Shown here: piece by piece, positions 19,231 to 28,750 of the stretch
Position numbering within the stretch: the stretch's first letter is position 1
Layout: the number at the start of each line of letters is the position of its first letter
Assembly: GCA_040005235.1 (NCBI GenBank)
Contig: JBDTZG010000010.1
Coordinates: forward strand, 32,001 to 96,000
DNA from: Acidobacteriota bacterium
Lineage (GTDB): Bacteria; Acidobacteriota; Thermoanaerobaculia; Multivoradales; UBA5704
Length of the DNA: 64,000 bases
Direction: 5' to 3'
Made by a program: the position numbers and the translations under genes
Notes under the pieces: generated by a model
The model's database searches: none
The model's input: the letters and a program-made list of their open reading frames with translations, nothing else
Told to the model about the DNA's origin: nothing

Positions 19231-20391
19231 CTAGGTCCAGGCACTAAATGGCTTGCTCGGCTCCCCCTCGATCATGAGCCGCAGGTAGGCCGAGAAGTTC
19301 GGCAACGACAGGAGGTCGTTCGCCTCGAAGGTGGGCGACAGCTCCCGTGCGACGGTTGGGGCGTCCAAGGCTCCCACCCGGAAGGAGATGAACGTCCCCG
19401 CGTTCCCGAAGACCGCATCTCGTACCTCAGTTTCAAGCTGGGAGAGGTACTGATGGGCCAGGATGAGATTGAGCCGATACTTCCGCAGCTCGGAGAGCAT
19501 GGTCGCCAGGGTGAGTGTCGCGAAGGTGTGGAACTCGTCGAGGTACAGGTAGAAGTCTCTGCGCTCCTCCACCGGCCGATCGGCGCGCTCCATCGCCGCC
19601 AGGGAGAGGTGCGACACCAAGAGCGATCCGAGAAGCGCCGCCGGTCCCTCCCCCAGCTTGCCCTTGGCGAGGTTCACCACCAGGATCTTTCCCTCGTCCA
19701 TGATGTGGCGAAGGTCAAAGGAGTTGTGCTTGCCGCTGAGGACGGAATGCAGGAGGGGATCGGTCAGGAAGGCGCCGACCTTGTTGAGGAGCGGTGCGGT
19801 CACCACCGCTCGAAATGCTGGCGAGTACCCCGCGAACTCCTTCTCCCAAAACGCCCGGACCATCTCATTGGAGACTCGCCGTACGAGCGTTCCTCGGAAC
19901 TCGCGATCCGAGAGAAGCCGTGGGATATCGGCAAATGAAGCATCGCCCGCTTCCAGGAGCGTAAACACGACGTTCCGGAGGAGATGCTCCAGGCGCGGCC
20001 CCCACTCGTCCGGCCATAGCTTCTTGAACACTTCGACCAAGCCCGCTGTCGCAAGTGCCTGTTTCTCTTTTGGGATGTCAGCGAAGGGGTTAAAGTGCCA
20101 GACGAACGACTTATCGGGCACGTTGAGGTAGATGAGGTCTCCACGCCTCTTGGAAGGAACCTGGGACACGATCTGTTCCGCGAGGTCGCCATGTGGGTCA
20201 AAAAGCGCGAGCCCTTCCCCAGAAGCGATGTCTTGAAGCACGAGCGTCTTCAAAAGCGTTGACTTGCCGGTGCCTGTCTTCCCGATCATGTATATGTGAT
20301 TGCGGCGGTCGGCCCTGCGGATACCGAAAGGTGTTCCTGCGTTGCGGTGATTGGCACGGGCAAAATATGTGATGTCACGGTCACGATGCAT
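19231..20391 (-). CDS. Second, stand-alone VirD4/TraD-like ATPase
   Basis: GKTGTGKS, FDPHGD, YLYLDEFH, LRKY and HQYL motifs. Confidence 0.85.
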   Translation of the reverse strand: MHRDRDITYFARANHRNAGTPFGIRRADRRNHIYMIGKTGTGKSTLLKTLVLQDIASGEGLALFDPHGDLAEQIVSQVPSKRRGDLIYLNVPDKSFVWHFNPFADIPKEKQALATAGLVEVFKKLWPDEWGPRLEHLLRNVVFTLLEAGDASFADIPRLLSDREFRGTLVRRVSNEMVRAFWEKEFAGYSPAFRAVVTAPLLNKVGAFLTDPLLHSVLSGKHNSFDLRHIMDEGKILVVNLAKGKLGEGPAALLGSLLVSHLSLAAMERADRPVEERRDFYLYLDEFHTFATLTLATMLSELRKYRLNLILAHQYLSQLETEVRDAVFGNAGTFISFRVGALDAPTVARELSPTFEANDLLSLPNFSAYLRLMIEGEPSKPFSAWT

Positions 20392-20552
20392 GTCACGATC
20401 ATGAGTGACCTTAGCCGTTCTTCAAAGAATCCAAAAAGAGCCATTGCGGACTGATTGTCACCCCATACAAAAAGCTCCCTCGGTTAAACCGTGGGAGCTG
20501 AAAGAACAAACATCATCCCTTCAGAGAGACAGTGGGCTTCATCGCCGCTCCC

Positions 20553-20837
20553 TCAATACTCGTCCGGGAGCAGGAGACACGTCGAGGAGCGATCGGCTTC
20601 GGTGACCACCCACAGCTTGACACCTTGTGAGGTGTAGTACGACGACATAAGGCGACTACCAGTCATGAGGGCAAGGGTGTTGGCCGCTTTGTCTTCGTCT
20701 GACAGCTCGCCCCAATCGCCGGCGACATGCCGGTCAAGGTAGAGGCTGGGGGCCTCGCCACCCTCCTTAAGGGCTGCGAGGGCTTCTGGTGTTGCCACGA
20801 TACGTCCGAGTTCAAATAGCAGCGCGGTCAGGATCAT
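20553..20837 (-). CDS. Small conserved plasmid/ICE-associated protein
   Basis: FELGRIVATP...RHVAGDWG...TEADRSSTCLLLPDEY. Confidence 0.75.
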   Translation of the reverse strand: MILTALLFELGRIVATPEALAALKEGGEAPSLYLDRHVAGDWGELSDEDKAANTLALMTGSRLMSSYYTSQGVKLWVVTEADRSSTCLLLPDEY

Positions 20838-20880
20838 GAAGATCCTCCTTTCGTCGTTGGTTTTGGTTGGAGGTTTGGAG

Positions 20881-21717
20881 CTACGCGACTGCCCGAGCGG
20901 GCGTGAGGTCGGATAGACGTTCCGCTTCGTCGAGCAGGTAGGAAACGCACCGACACGTCCGTTCGAGGAGTTCGGTACAGACCGGCAACACCTTCCGGTC
21001 GTGCTTTTTGCAGTAGATCTCGATGTACCGGTAGGCGCCGCCTGGATCGCTCTTGTCGGGATGTCCGAGGCACTCCAGAAGGATCGCGCCGCCGAGCTCC
21101 GCTACCACCTCGCTTGCCAGTCCTTGACCGGTATGCGTTCCGAGGCGGTGATCGGCCGCGTGTACCAATTCGTGCGCCCAGGTGGAGAGGTTCTCGGTTG
21201 CAAGGCCGATCCCCACGCCGGCCGAGAAGTAACCAAGCGCTTCGGGACTGTCCCTGATGGAATAGGTACCCACCGACAGACCCCAGGCCAGGGCAACCTC
21301 GATCAACGGGAGGGCGCTGAGGAAAGCCGCTTCATCCTCGGCGCCAGGAAGTGGCTTGCCGTGCGTCTGGAGATATCCAAAGACGGCGATCGGCTGGTAG
21401 CCGATCAAAACCCTCCGGTCTGCATTTCCGCTCTCTTGAGAGCCGTCCTCATCCTTCTTGAGCCTTGGTGCGAGGATGTAGAAGGAACGGGCGCCCTTCT
21501 TCACGTTTCGACCGAGTTGCTCCCACTGCCGGAACCCTGCCGCGTACACATGCCCACGGAGTATTCCGACGGTGCGGTTAGTCCACGTCCAGTGCTTCGA
21601 GGGAACTTCGATGTCTCGCCGGATGAATACTTGGGCGAGCGCTGCCGGCAGGGCCCCGGTCTGAAAAGCCGTGAGGAGGTCGTGTGCGATGGCTTGGATC
21701 TTCTCGTTCGCCGCCAC
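20881..21717 (-). CDS. ArdC-like antirestriction/ssDNA-binding protein with zincin-like motif
   Basis: GFRQWEQLGRNVKKG, HELVH, EVVAE. Confidence 0.7.
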   Translation of the reverse strand: MAANEKIQAIAHDLLTAFQTGALPAALAQVFIRRDIEVPSKHWTWTNRTVGILRGHVYAAGFRQWEQLGRNVKKGARSFYILAPRLKKDEDGSQESGNADRRVLIGYQPIAVFGYLQTHGKPLPGAEDEAAFLSALPLIEVALAWGLSVGTYSIRDSPEALGYFSAGVGIGLATENLSTWAHELVHAADHRLGTHTGQGLASEVVAELGGAILLECLGHPDKSDPGGAYRYIEIYCKKHDRKVLPVCTELLERTCRCVSYLLDEAERLSDLTPARAVA

Positions 21718-21727
21718 GGCCAGCCTC

Positions 21728-21976
21728 CTAGATCACACCCGCGAGAATGAGGGCGCTGGTGACCGTTCCTGTGTCGCACACCTCGCACCACCCCGCATCC
21801 TGGTCAGGTTCGTATTCGGTGATGTAGTCGCATCCACCGTTGGTGCAGATGCCCGGCACCACGCTGTCGATGGCAGCGCTATCGAGCAACTCATCGACAC
21901 TCATGCCGTTTGCGTCCGCAAGCTCCTCCAGCTTCGTTGTCCGCAGTTTCCGATCTATCGTTCGCCGTTCGTACAT
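21728..21976 (-). CDS. Small Cys-containing (zinc-binding-like) hypothetical protein
   Basis: AAGGAGG RBS; CTNGGC...EPD...WCEVC. Confidence 0.65.
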   Translation of the reverse strand: MYERRTIDRKLRTTKLEELADANGMSVDELLDSAAIDSVVPGICTNGGCDYITEYEPDQDAGWCEVCDTGTVTSALILAGVI

Positions 21977-22086
21977 CCCACTTCCTCCTTTCCCGTGGTT
22001 GTGGTGATACTTCGTCCTGTGAATGGACACACGTGCGCCATAGGCACTGCTCCTTTCGTCCTCTTGATTGGTCCAGCAGGGAGCTG

Positions 22087-22563
22087 TTACTTCGACAACG
22101 CAGCGAGCGCGAGCGACACAGCGTCAAAGATGTTCATGCGCTCGTCTTCGCTCATCCAGGGTTTGCGGAACCGCGGGAGTCGCGGAGCAAGCTCGGGAAA
22201 AACTCGGGAGATTGCTTCGGCGATCTCTTGCTTGGTGACCGCCGGCTTAAGTACATCTCGCACACGCGCTCGCGAGACGCGAACAACGGGGAGCCCCCGA
22301 TGCTTCGCGAGATCCTCAATATCTTTGATGAGATGACACGCCCGCGTCCTTCGTCGCGTGCCACGGCCGTCCTCAAGAACTAGGAGGTCAGGGAGGCACC
22401 GATCGAATAATTGTTCTGCCCGGGAGAGGATCTTGGCGTCCGTACGCAGGAGCACATGGACCAATCCCCAATCGATGAGATCCTCAGACCCTTCAAGCAC
22501 CGCGTAAGCAAAGCCGCGCGTAGTGGGATCGATCGCAACGACTCGTATCGTCTGATGCTTCAT
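22087..22563 (-). CDS. RuvC/RNase H-fold nuclease-like protein
   Basis: VVAIDP, LVLED and C-terminal DAVSLA acidic motifs. Confidence 0.7.
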   Translation of the reverse strand: MKHQTIRVVAIDPTTRGFAYAVLEGSEDLIDWGLVHVLLRTDAKILSRAEQLFDRCLPDLLVLEDGRGTRRRTRACHLIKDIEDLAKHRGLPVVRVSRARVRDVLKPAVTKQEIAEAISRVFPELAPRLPRFRKPWMSEDERMNIFDAVSLALAALSK

Positions 22564-22577
22564 GAAAACTATAAGGA

Positions 22578-22922
22578 CTAATTCCGCACGCGTCGCACCA
22601 GCCCTTCAAGGAAGAGACGCTTGTGCCGAGTCGCCGACGACTCATCGCCTAATCGAACAAGCTCTCCAATGAGTCGAATTGCTCGTTCTTCGATCAGCGA
22701 ACGTGCTCTCTCATATTCCCCTGGGAAGAGTGCTGAAGCCGGCACACCGAAGAGAGCCTCGTAAGCGAATGCATGAGGGAGAGAAAGCCCTCGGCGTGCA
22801 GCCTCGTGTCGAGAGACTGTCGTACTTGAAACAGCGTCAATGAGCGCCGCGACTTCCTTCTGTGAAAGGCCAGCGCGTTTGCGGTGCGTGCGGAGGTATG
22901 TGTGTAATGATGCCTTCGACAT
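22578..22922 (-). CDS. XRE-family HTH protein
   Basis: YLRTHRKRAGLSQKEVA...VSRHE. Confidence 0.75.
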   Translation of the reverse strand: MSKASLHTYLRTHRKRAGLSQKEVAALIDAVSSTTVSRHEAARRGLSLPHAFAYEALFGVPASALFPGEYERARSLIEERAIRLIGELVRLGDESSATRHKRLFLEGLVRRVRN

Positions 22923-23111
22923 GGCGCCGCTAATGATATTGTTTGACAGATAAGAAAAAAGATATCGAAATGTGCCGCTCTGGCACGTTGTGAAACCGTA
23001 AGAAGAGCCGCCGTTCTGGCGGCTGGTGCAAGCGTGGACTTCGTGGACGTAGGGGACGTTCCTCAGGCATCCGAGAGCTGGCGAGGTCAAGCAATATGGC
23101 CCTGATTTGGC

Positions 23112-24491
23112 CTAGCGGTTCACCGCCGCGCCGTCCTCTTCCTCGTCCCCGATGTCCCCTATGTCTACCTGCGGTGTGCTCGCTGAAGGCATGACGTTGT
23201 ATCGCTTCGCAAGCTTAGTAAGACGTTCCATGTCTTCTCCGGGTAACACGTAGTTGCCCTGGCGCTTGCGAGGCGAAAGCCCAAGGCGCCGGAGAATGGC
23301 CCCAACAGCACGGGGTGACAGAGGTGCCCCACCGTCATTCCCCGAGAGCTGTCCTGCGATTAACTTCACGGGGACCACTCCCGAGAACCTCTCTCGCAAG
23401 GCAAGGGCGGCGGCTACAACATCGGCCTCAATCGAGTCACTCCGCAGGTTGCGTAGATTGATACTCGCCTGCCGTGCAAAGGCAAGGAGCCGCACCCGGC
23501 TATTCTCGTCATCAACCGAAGCCAGGAGTGATGCAAAGACCTGGGCGATCCGGGGTTCAAGCGTACGGAGTTCGGGGATATCAAGAGCATCCGTCCGGCC
23601 CGCTTCCCGGAGGCGGTACATCAAAAGCTGATTGCGGATTGTGAGGGCCTGGTGCTCGAATTCGGGCGGAAGATTGAGCGGGATGTCCGATCGGACATCG
23701 CCCTGTCCCAGATGCGCCGTGATGCAGCGGCTCTCTAGGGCCGGATCATCAAAGTAGTGGCGGGTCGAAATGAGCTTCGGACCGAACACCTTGAATGCCC
23801 GAGGATTGAACTCCCCTGTGGGGGTAGTATCGGTTCGCAGCACCGGAAAGCCCTTGGCGTTGCCATTGTTGAGGATCTTCACAATCTCGGCCTTTTCGTC
23901 CGAGAACCGGAAATCACCCTCGTCCAAGACCAGCGTCCCACCGACGGCATCGAGAATCCGAAACAGCGGGGACACGGTCGATGCTCCAGAGGCAAAGATA
24001 GGCCGGTAGACGATCGAGCCCACGGTGGTGAGGAAGCGTGATTTGCCAGAGCCGTAGTCGCCCAAAACCCGCAGGTATGGGAGGTCGGGAAAGTCGTCGT
24101 ACCGCCACGAGAAGCACACGTAGTGAGCGGCGACTTCCTCGAAGTCTGGCGGAAGGTCAACGTAGCGATGGATGAAGCCGCGCACCAGCGCACGAAGTAC
24201 CGGCTCAGCCTGGTACTCCGTTGCTTCAGACGGAAGGAGGATCGCCTTGTGGGTTATGAGGTTGTTCTCTGCCGAGTACGGCACGAGGAGCCTGCCGTTG
24301 GGAAGCTCGACGCTTTCCGCTTCCCGAGCTTCTCCGTCCCGCGCGACGACAAAGAGCGTTTTACGCTCCTGCGGACGGTATAACAGCTCGACCATTGTGC
24401 CGTCAGGAAGACGCGCCGAGACCGCCGGCAGTTTGCGCCCGGACTCCTGCCGCTCTGTCTTCGCCGCGTCTTTCTTCGTTTGATCCTGCAT
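23112..24491 (-). CDS. P-loop ATPase, probable replication/primase-associated helicase-like protein
   Basis: GDYGSGKS Walker A, LVLDEGD Walker B, ALESRC, C-terminal wHTH-like segment. Confidence 0.65.
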   Translation of the reverse strand: MQDQTKKDAAKTERQESGRKLPAVSARLPDGTMVELLYRPQERKTLFVVARDGEAREAESVELPNGRLLVPYSAENNLITHKAILLPSEATEYQAEPVLRALVRGFIHRYVDLPPDFEEVAAHYVCFSWRYDDFPDLPYLRVLGDYGSGKSRFLTTVGSIVYRPIFASGASTVSPLFRILDAVGGTLVLDEGDFRFSDEKAEIVKILNNGNAKGFPVLRTDTTPTGEFNPRAFKVFGPKLISTRHYFDDPALESRCITAHLGQGDVRSDIPLNLPPEFEHQALTIRNQLLMYRLREAGRTDALDIPELRTLEPRIAQVFASLLASVDDENSRVRLLAFARQASINLRNLRSDSIEADVVAAALALRERFSGVVPVKLIAGQLSGNDGGAPLSPRAVGAILRRLGLSPRKRQGNYVLPGEDMERLTKLAKRYNVMPSASTPQVDIGDIGDEEEDGAAVNR

Positions 24492-24598
24492 CCTCCTACG
24501 ATATGCACGATCGAGTTACGAACAAGGAGGGGGTTTCTTCTCTTCCGGCACGAAGCGGTTTCTTTTTTCGTTAGCCTCGATCCTCTATCGTCGCTCTC

Positions 24599-24781
24599 AT
24601 GAACGCGGCTCCCGATCCATCCGACGATTTCGTCATCACCTTCGCACCGGACGCAACGCCCGAAGAGGAAGAGCGCTTCCTCACCGAACTTGCGCATGCA
24701 ATTATAGCGATTGCACGGCATCTTGTCGCTCAAGAGGACGAACAGTCCGACGGGAGCGAGTCGGACACTATCGAGTTCTAA
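24599..24781 (+). CDS. Small acidic protein, copy 1
   Basis: 60 aa; paralog at 26582-26773. Confidence 0.6.
   Translation: MNAAPDPSDDFVITFAPDATPEEEERFLTELAHAIIAIARHLVAQEDEQSDGSESDTIEF
24623..24709 (+). repeat. 87-bp direct repeat A (second copy at 26603-26689)
   Basis: The two copies differ at one base. Confidence 0.9.
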
Positions 24782-24823
24782 GACGCTTGCCAAATTCGGT
24801 CAAGGCTGTATCATCAAAAACCT

Positions 24824-26563
24824 ATGCCCAATGATTCGCGCGCTCTCATATATCTGCGCGTCTCAACTGATCGCCAGGCGCAAAAGGGTATCGCAATCCC
24901 CACCCAAGAAGTGCAGTGTCTTTCCCATGCAACCCAACAAGGATACGTCGTGGATGCAAAGACAGATATCTACATTGACGGCGGCGAGAGTGCCCGCACT
25001 ATGGATCGACCGGCGCTCTTAGATCTTCTCACCCGTTGCAAAGAGGACGATGCCGTGCGTGCGATTATCGTCTACGACGTCTCACGGCTTGCACGCAACC
25101 GTCTCGACTTCGCCATCATCAAGCAGGCCCTCCGCAAGGCAGGAGTAACCCTCATCTCCGCGACAGAGCCGATCAACGATAGCCCCGAGGGACAGATGCT
25201 TGAGGGAGTGCTTTCGACGGTTGCCGAGTTCTTCTCCGCTCAGAGCGGACGCAAAGTACAGGCGAATATGCGCCGCAAGGCGGAGGCCGGGGGCTGGCCC
25301 AATCTCGCGCCGTACGGATACGTGAATCGAAAAGGAAAACTACCAGACGGGGAAATACGCGCCTGGATCGAGCCGCAACCCGAGGAAGCTCGATGGGTCA
25401 AAAGAGCGTTTGAGCTGTTCGGAACCGGTGGGTACTCGGTCAAGGTTCTTGCACGTGTCCTCCACAAGGATGGATTCGTGGTACGAAGTGTTAGGAACCG
25501 GAAGTCCAAAACGCTTCATAATTCCCAGCTTGAACGGATACTCCGCAACAAGCTCTACATCGGCATCATCGAATGGGGAGGAGTCGTCAATGACCATGGA
25601 ACCCACGAAAAGCTCATTGACCCTGACCTCTTCTATCGCGTGCAAGACTTGCTCGCCGTGCGCTCCCTCTCGGTCACCCGCGTGCGCCGTCACCGCTCCC
25701 TGTTCAAGAGATTCGCCCGGTGCGGTGAATGCGGGTCACCAATGACGATTGACGTAAAGGAGACCTCGACAACCCGCTCGATCCGCTACCTGAGGTGTCG
25801 GAAGATCAAAAAGTGCAGCCAGGCTTACTTCGCCGAGGAGGTGTATACCGAGCAGCTTGAAAGGCTCGTGCGGCGCGTCGAGCTACCAGCGAAAGCCGTT
25901 GAGACTCTCCTGGAGAAGGTCAAACAAGTCTCCGGCACAGACGAGCAGGTGCAGGAGCAGGTACGAACTCGCCTTCTGCGGGAGCGTGAGGTGGTGGAGC
26001 GGAGACAGCAGAACCTCCTTGTGCGTACCCTTGACGATGATCCGCGCAATGAGGCCCAGCGTTCGCTCTATGAGCGAGTCCGCGGGGAACTCGCACAAGA
26101 ACATGAACGTCTGACACGGGAACTCGGCCGTCTCAAACTAAGGCTCGACAGAGTTTCACGAATCTTGATGATGGCTCTTGAAATTACAGGCTGTTCGAGC
26201 CGCGCGTTTGAGGCTGACGCAGATCCCGATTACAGAGGGATCATCGCACGTGTGATTTTCAAGGGAGTGCAAATGTGCGACGGGAGAATCGTCGATGCGA
26301 AGCTCACTGCCCCACTAGCCGCCTTTCGCAGATGGGCAGGCGAAAAGCCGTTGGAGCGCTTGGCCGATTTGGCCCTACTCTGTGCGCGTGACGGGATGCT
26401 AGTAGACGGTTGCGCAAAGCGACCGGAGCGGCACGTTTCGCTCTCCACGATCCGTCGGGATCTTCTCCGACTCGAAAAATCACTTACTCCAGAACAAGAA
26501 GCGGAAATCGAATCCTGCTATCACGAGCTGCGAGGCAGAAGGTTGCTATTATCTTCGGTATGA
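24824..26563 (+). CDS. Second large serine recombinase
   Basis: YLRVST, DVSRLARN, APYGY, CGECG zinc ribbon, coiled coil. Confidence 0.93.
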   Translation: MPNDSRALIYLRVSTDRQAQKGIAIPTQEVQCLSHATQQGYVVDAKTDIYIDGGESARTMDRPALLDLLTRCKEDDAVRAIIVYDVSRLARNRLDFAIIKQALRKAGVTLISATEPINDSPEGQMLEGVLSTVAEFFSAQSGRKVQANMRRKAEAGGWPNLAPYGYVNRKGKLPDGEIRAWIEPQPEEARWVKRAFELFGTGGYSVKVLARVLHKDGFVVRSVRNRKSKTLHNSQLERILRNKLYIGIIEWGGVVNDHGTHEKLIDPDLFYRVQDLLAVRSLSVTRVRRHRSLFKRFARCGECGSPMTIDVKETSTTRSIRYLRCRKIKKCSQAYFAEEVYTEQLERLVRRVELPAKAVETLLEKVKQVSGTDEQVQEQVRTRLLREREVVERRQQNLLVRTLDDDPRNEAQRSLYERVRGELAQEHERLTRELGRLKLRLDRVSRILMMALEITGCSSRAFEADADPDYRGIIARVIFKGVQMCDGRIVDAKLTAPLAAFRRWAGEKPLERLADLALLCARDGMLVDGCAKRPERHVSLSTIRRDLLRLEKSLTPEQEAEIESCYHELRGRRLLLSSV

Positions 26564-26581
26564 ATAGACTAACCGATACAC

Positions 26582-26773
26582 ATGCAAGCAGCAGAACCCT
26601 TGGACGATTTCGTCATCACCTTCGCACCCGACGCAACGCCCGAAGAGGAAGAGCGCTTCCTCACCGAACTTGCGCATGCAATTATAGCGGTCGCAAAGCA
26701 CCTCGTTGATCAAGAAGATCTCGTAGCGGCTGAACAAGCAGGAGAAACTTCTGATTCAGAACACACCCTGTGA
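26582..26773 (+). CDS. Small acidic protein, copy 2
   Basis: DDFVITFAPDATPEEEERFLTELAHAIIA identical to copy 1. Confidence 0.6.
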   Translation: MQAAEPLDDFVITFAPDATPEEEERFLTELAHAIIAVAKHLVDQEDLVAAEQAGETSDSEHTL

Positions 26774-26820
26774 CCACCCGAAGGGGGTGATGTGTGCCAC
26801 AGTGGTACTAAGTCCTGTCT

Positions 26821-26997
26821 TGTGCGCGTGATGGGGTGTTAGTAGACGGTTGCACAAAGCAACCGGAGCGGCACATTTCCCTCTCTACCATGCGTCGCGA
26901 TCTAATTCGGCTTGAAAAGTCGCTCGATCCAGAACTAGCTGCCGATATCGAGTCCTGCTATCACGAACTGCGCGGCAGAGGCACATTTGCGACCTAA
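26821..26997 (+). repeat. Diverged copy of the 3' end of recombinase 2 (26381-26540) with an open frame
   Basis: Translates CARDGVLVDGCTKQPERHISLSTMRRDLIRLEKSLDPELAADIESCYHELRGRGTFAT*. Confidence 0.85.
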
Positions 26998-27003
26998 CTA
27001 CAA

Positions 27004-27825
27004 TTAACTTTGGCCTCTAGTCGAAATTCGCCTACACCACCCTGCTACATCTTCGGGCACCGCGAGAACGAGGCGGTGTCCATGCATCTGTGCGAACTGA
27101 GAAGCCGAAGGTAAAAAGCGAGAGGTGGTTACAAAGAGTCCGCGGCTTGCTTGTTGGTGCTCGACCACTCCGTAGAGAGCAGCGACAGCTTCGAGCTTAA
27201 CAGGGTATTGCGGGTCGTATCGTTTCGCCTGCACCAAAGTGACAAGCTCGCCGATCGAATCCTTCTGGACGAGACGAATATCGACTCCGGCATCCCCGCT
27301 GCCTGGACCGAGTTCCGTGTGAGACCCCTGATTCCGAAAGATAGCGTCGAGAAGATATTCAAACTTTCGCCACTCTAGTTGATGGAGTTCATTAGGATGT
27401 AGCCCAAAATATTCAATTAGCTCATCATTTACCGTCTTAAAGTCTGGCGTTACGACATGGCATACATGCGCAAACCTGGAATTTGCATAAAGAAGCTCAA
27501 AATGCCTCAATTCATTAAGTTTCTCACGCGATCTCCGCAGCCTATCTTGCCGAAGACCGTTTGGATATTGCTGATAGGTTTCAATGTCGTCGATGGCGTG
27601 ATAGTTAGCGAAATCCGTGCCATCATTGACAAAAACTGCCCGATATTCGGCGAGCTGCTCATCTATTCGCTCTTCTTCTCCTTTAGCTCTCCCTTCTTCT
27701 TCAACAATGCGAGCCATTTCGGATTGCAGAAATCTTTCAAATCCGTTGTGCGGTAAGACCGCGAGCAGTTGCTCTATCGTTATCGTCTCGTCCTCCAAGA
27801 ACCTATGAAACAGTTCTAGATTCAT
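27004..27825 (-). CDS. Mrr-like (type IV) restriction endonuclease domain protein
   Basis: WRKFE, DAGVDI, VQAKRY, FVTTSRF. Confidence 0.85.
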   Translation of the reverse strand: MNLELFHRFLEDETITIEQLLAVLPHNGFERFLQSEMARIVEEEGRAKGEEERIDEQLAEYRAVFVNDGTDFANYHAIDDIETYQQYPNGLRQDRLRRSREKLNELRHFELLYANSRFAHVCHVVTPDFKTVNDELIEYFGLHPNELHQLEWRKFEYLLDAIFRNQGSHTELGPGSGDAGVDIRLVQKDSIGELVTLVQAKRYDPQYPVKLEAVAALYGVVEHQQASRGLFVTTSRFLPSASQFAQMHGHRLVLAVPEDVAGWCRRISTRGQS

Positions 27826-28355
27826 TAAGCGTTATCTCAAAACTGAGAATTGTTTTGATTGACCGCTGTCTTTGTAGAAGAGGTGTCCACCAAATGATCC
27901 ACATTCTTCCTGTAGCGCACAGGGTAGTGTGTTCTCGTGTCTAGCCAGCGGCGTCTGATGAGCGGCAGAGAATACTGGAGAAAATATAGCGGCACATCGT
28001 ACATGGCGCAAGTTCTTTCTACGCCCACTCATTACGACATGGCAAAGAATGCATCCAGCGATCAGCGGCAAATGAAGAGAGTCTCAACGTAGATCTAACG
28101 GCAAAATCTCCTGAAATGGCTGCCGGGGAGAACCGACGTTTACCCCGCCGGTCCTTGGCGCTCCACTTACGTTCCGCAATTTCGTCACATTTCGGGCTCT
28201 CAAAGGCCGCAAACAAGGCGTAACTCGGTCGGTTTGTTGCGACTATCAAGAACATCCGTCCACTGAGGGCATCCCGGCCGCACTGTAGAGCCACAGGCGG
28301 CCCCTCATCCTGGGAGTCAGGAAGCGAGCGGAAGCCGTCTCGAAAGGTGTTCGGG

Positions 28356-28628
28356 ATGGTCCGTCGAACTGTCGTCCTTGTTGCGTCCTTCCTTCTGGTG
28401 GCCTCAGCGGCGCTTGCAGCAGGCGCCTCCCGCGAGTCTCGATCTCTCTGGGAATCGTTTTCGACAAGATCTTTCCTGGAATCAGTCCGTGTCGCGCTCA
28501 GCGGTCTCCTTCACGATCCGATCGGTCTCTTTGCGAACAATGGCAGCGAGACCGATCCAAACGGCAAGCCTCTCGCGTCGCCGCCGGCAGGAGTTGGAAA
28601 CGGCGGCACATCTCCTCAGGCCCAGTGA
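28356..28628 (+). CDS. Small secreted peptide with GSETDPNG motif
   Basis: Sec signal (ALA cleavage site); followed by a terminator and the TPR gene. Confidence 0.7.
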   Translation: MVRRTVVLVASFLLVASAALAAGASRESRSLWESFSTRSFLESVRVALSGLLHDPIGLFANNGSETDPNGKPLASPPAGVGNGGTSPQAQ

Positions 28629-28643
28629 TTGATGTCTGTGCTC

Positions 28644-28678
28644 GGCGGAGGCCAAATTATCGGCCTCCGCCTCTTTTT
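28644..28678 (+). terminator. Rho-independent terminator
   Basis: GGCGGAGGCC-8 nt loop-GGCCTCCGCC followed by TCTTTTT. Confidence 0.85.
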
Positions 28679-28750
28679 GTCCCGGATGACCCCTTGAAGC
28701 TCACCTCCAAGAGTAAGACACTACAGCTCTAGCGCGAAAGGACACAGGGG

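Noticed and set aside
22087-22563. RuvC-like gene as a TnpB/Cas12 relative
   Set aside because: Only 158 aa, with no zinc finger, REC/WED region or adjacent array.
24623-26997. Repeats as a CRISPR array or DGR template/variable repeats
   Set aside because: Only two copies of each, coding, no spacers or cas genes; mismatches are not adenine-specific and no reverse transcriptase is present.
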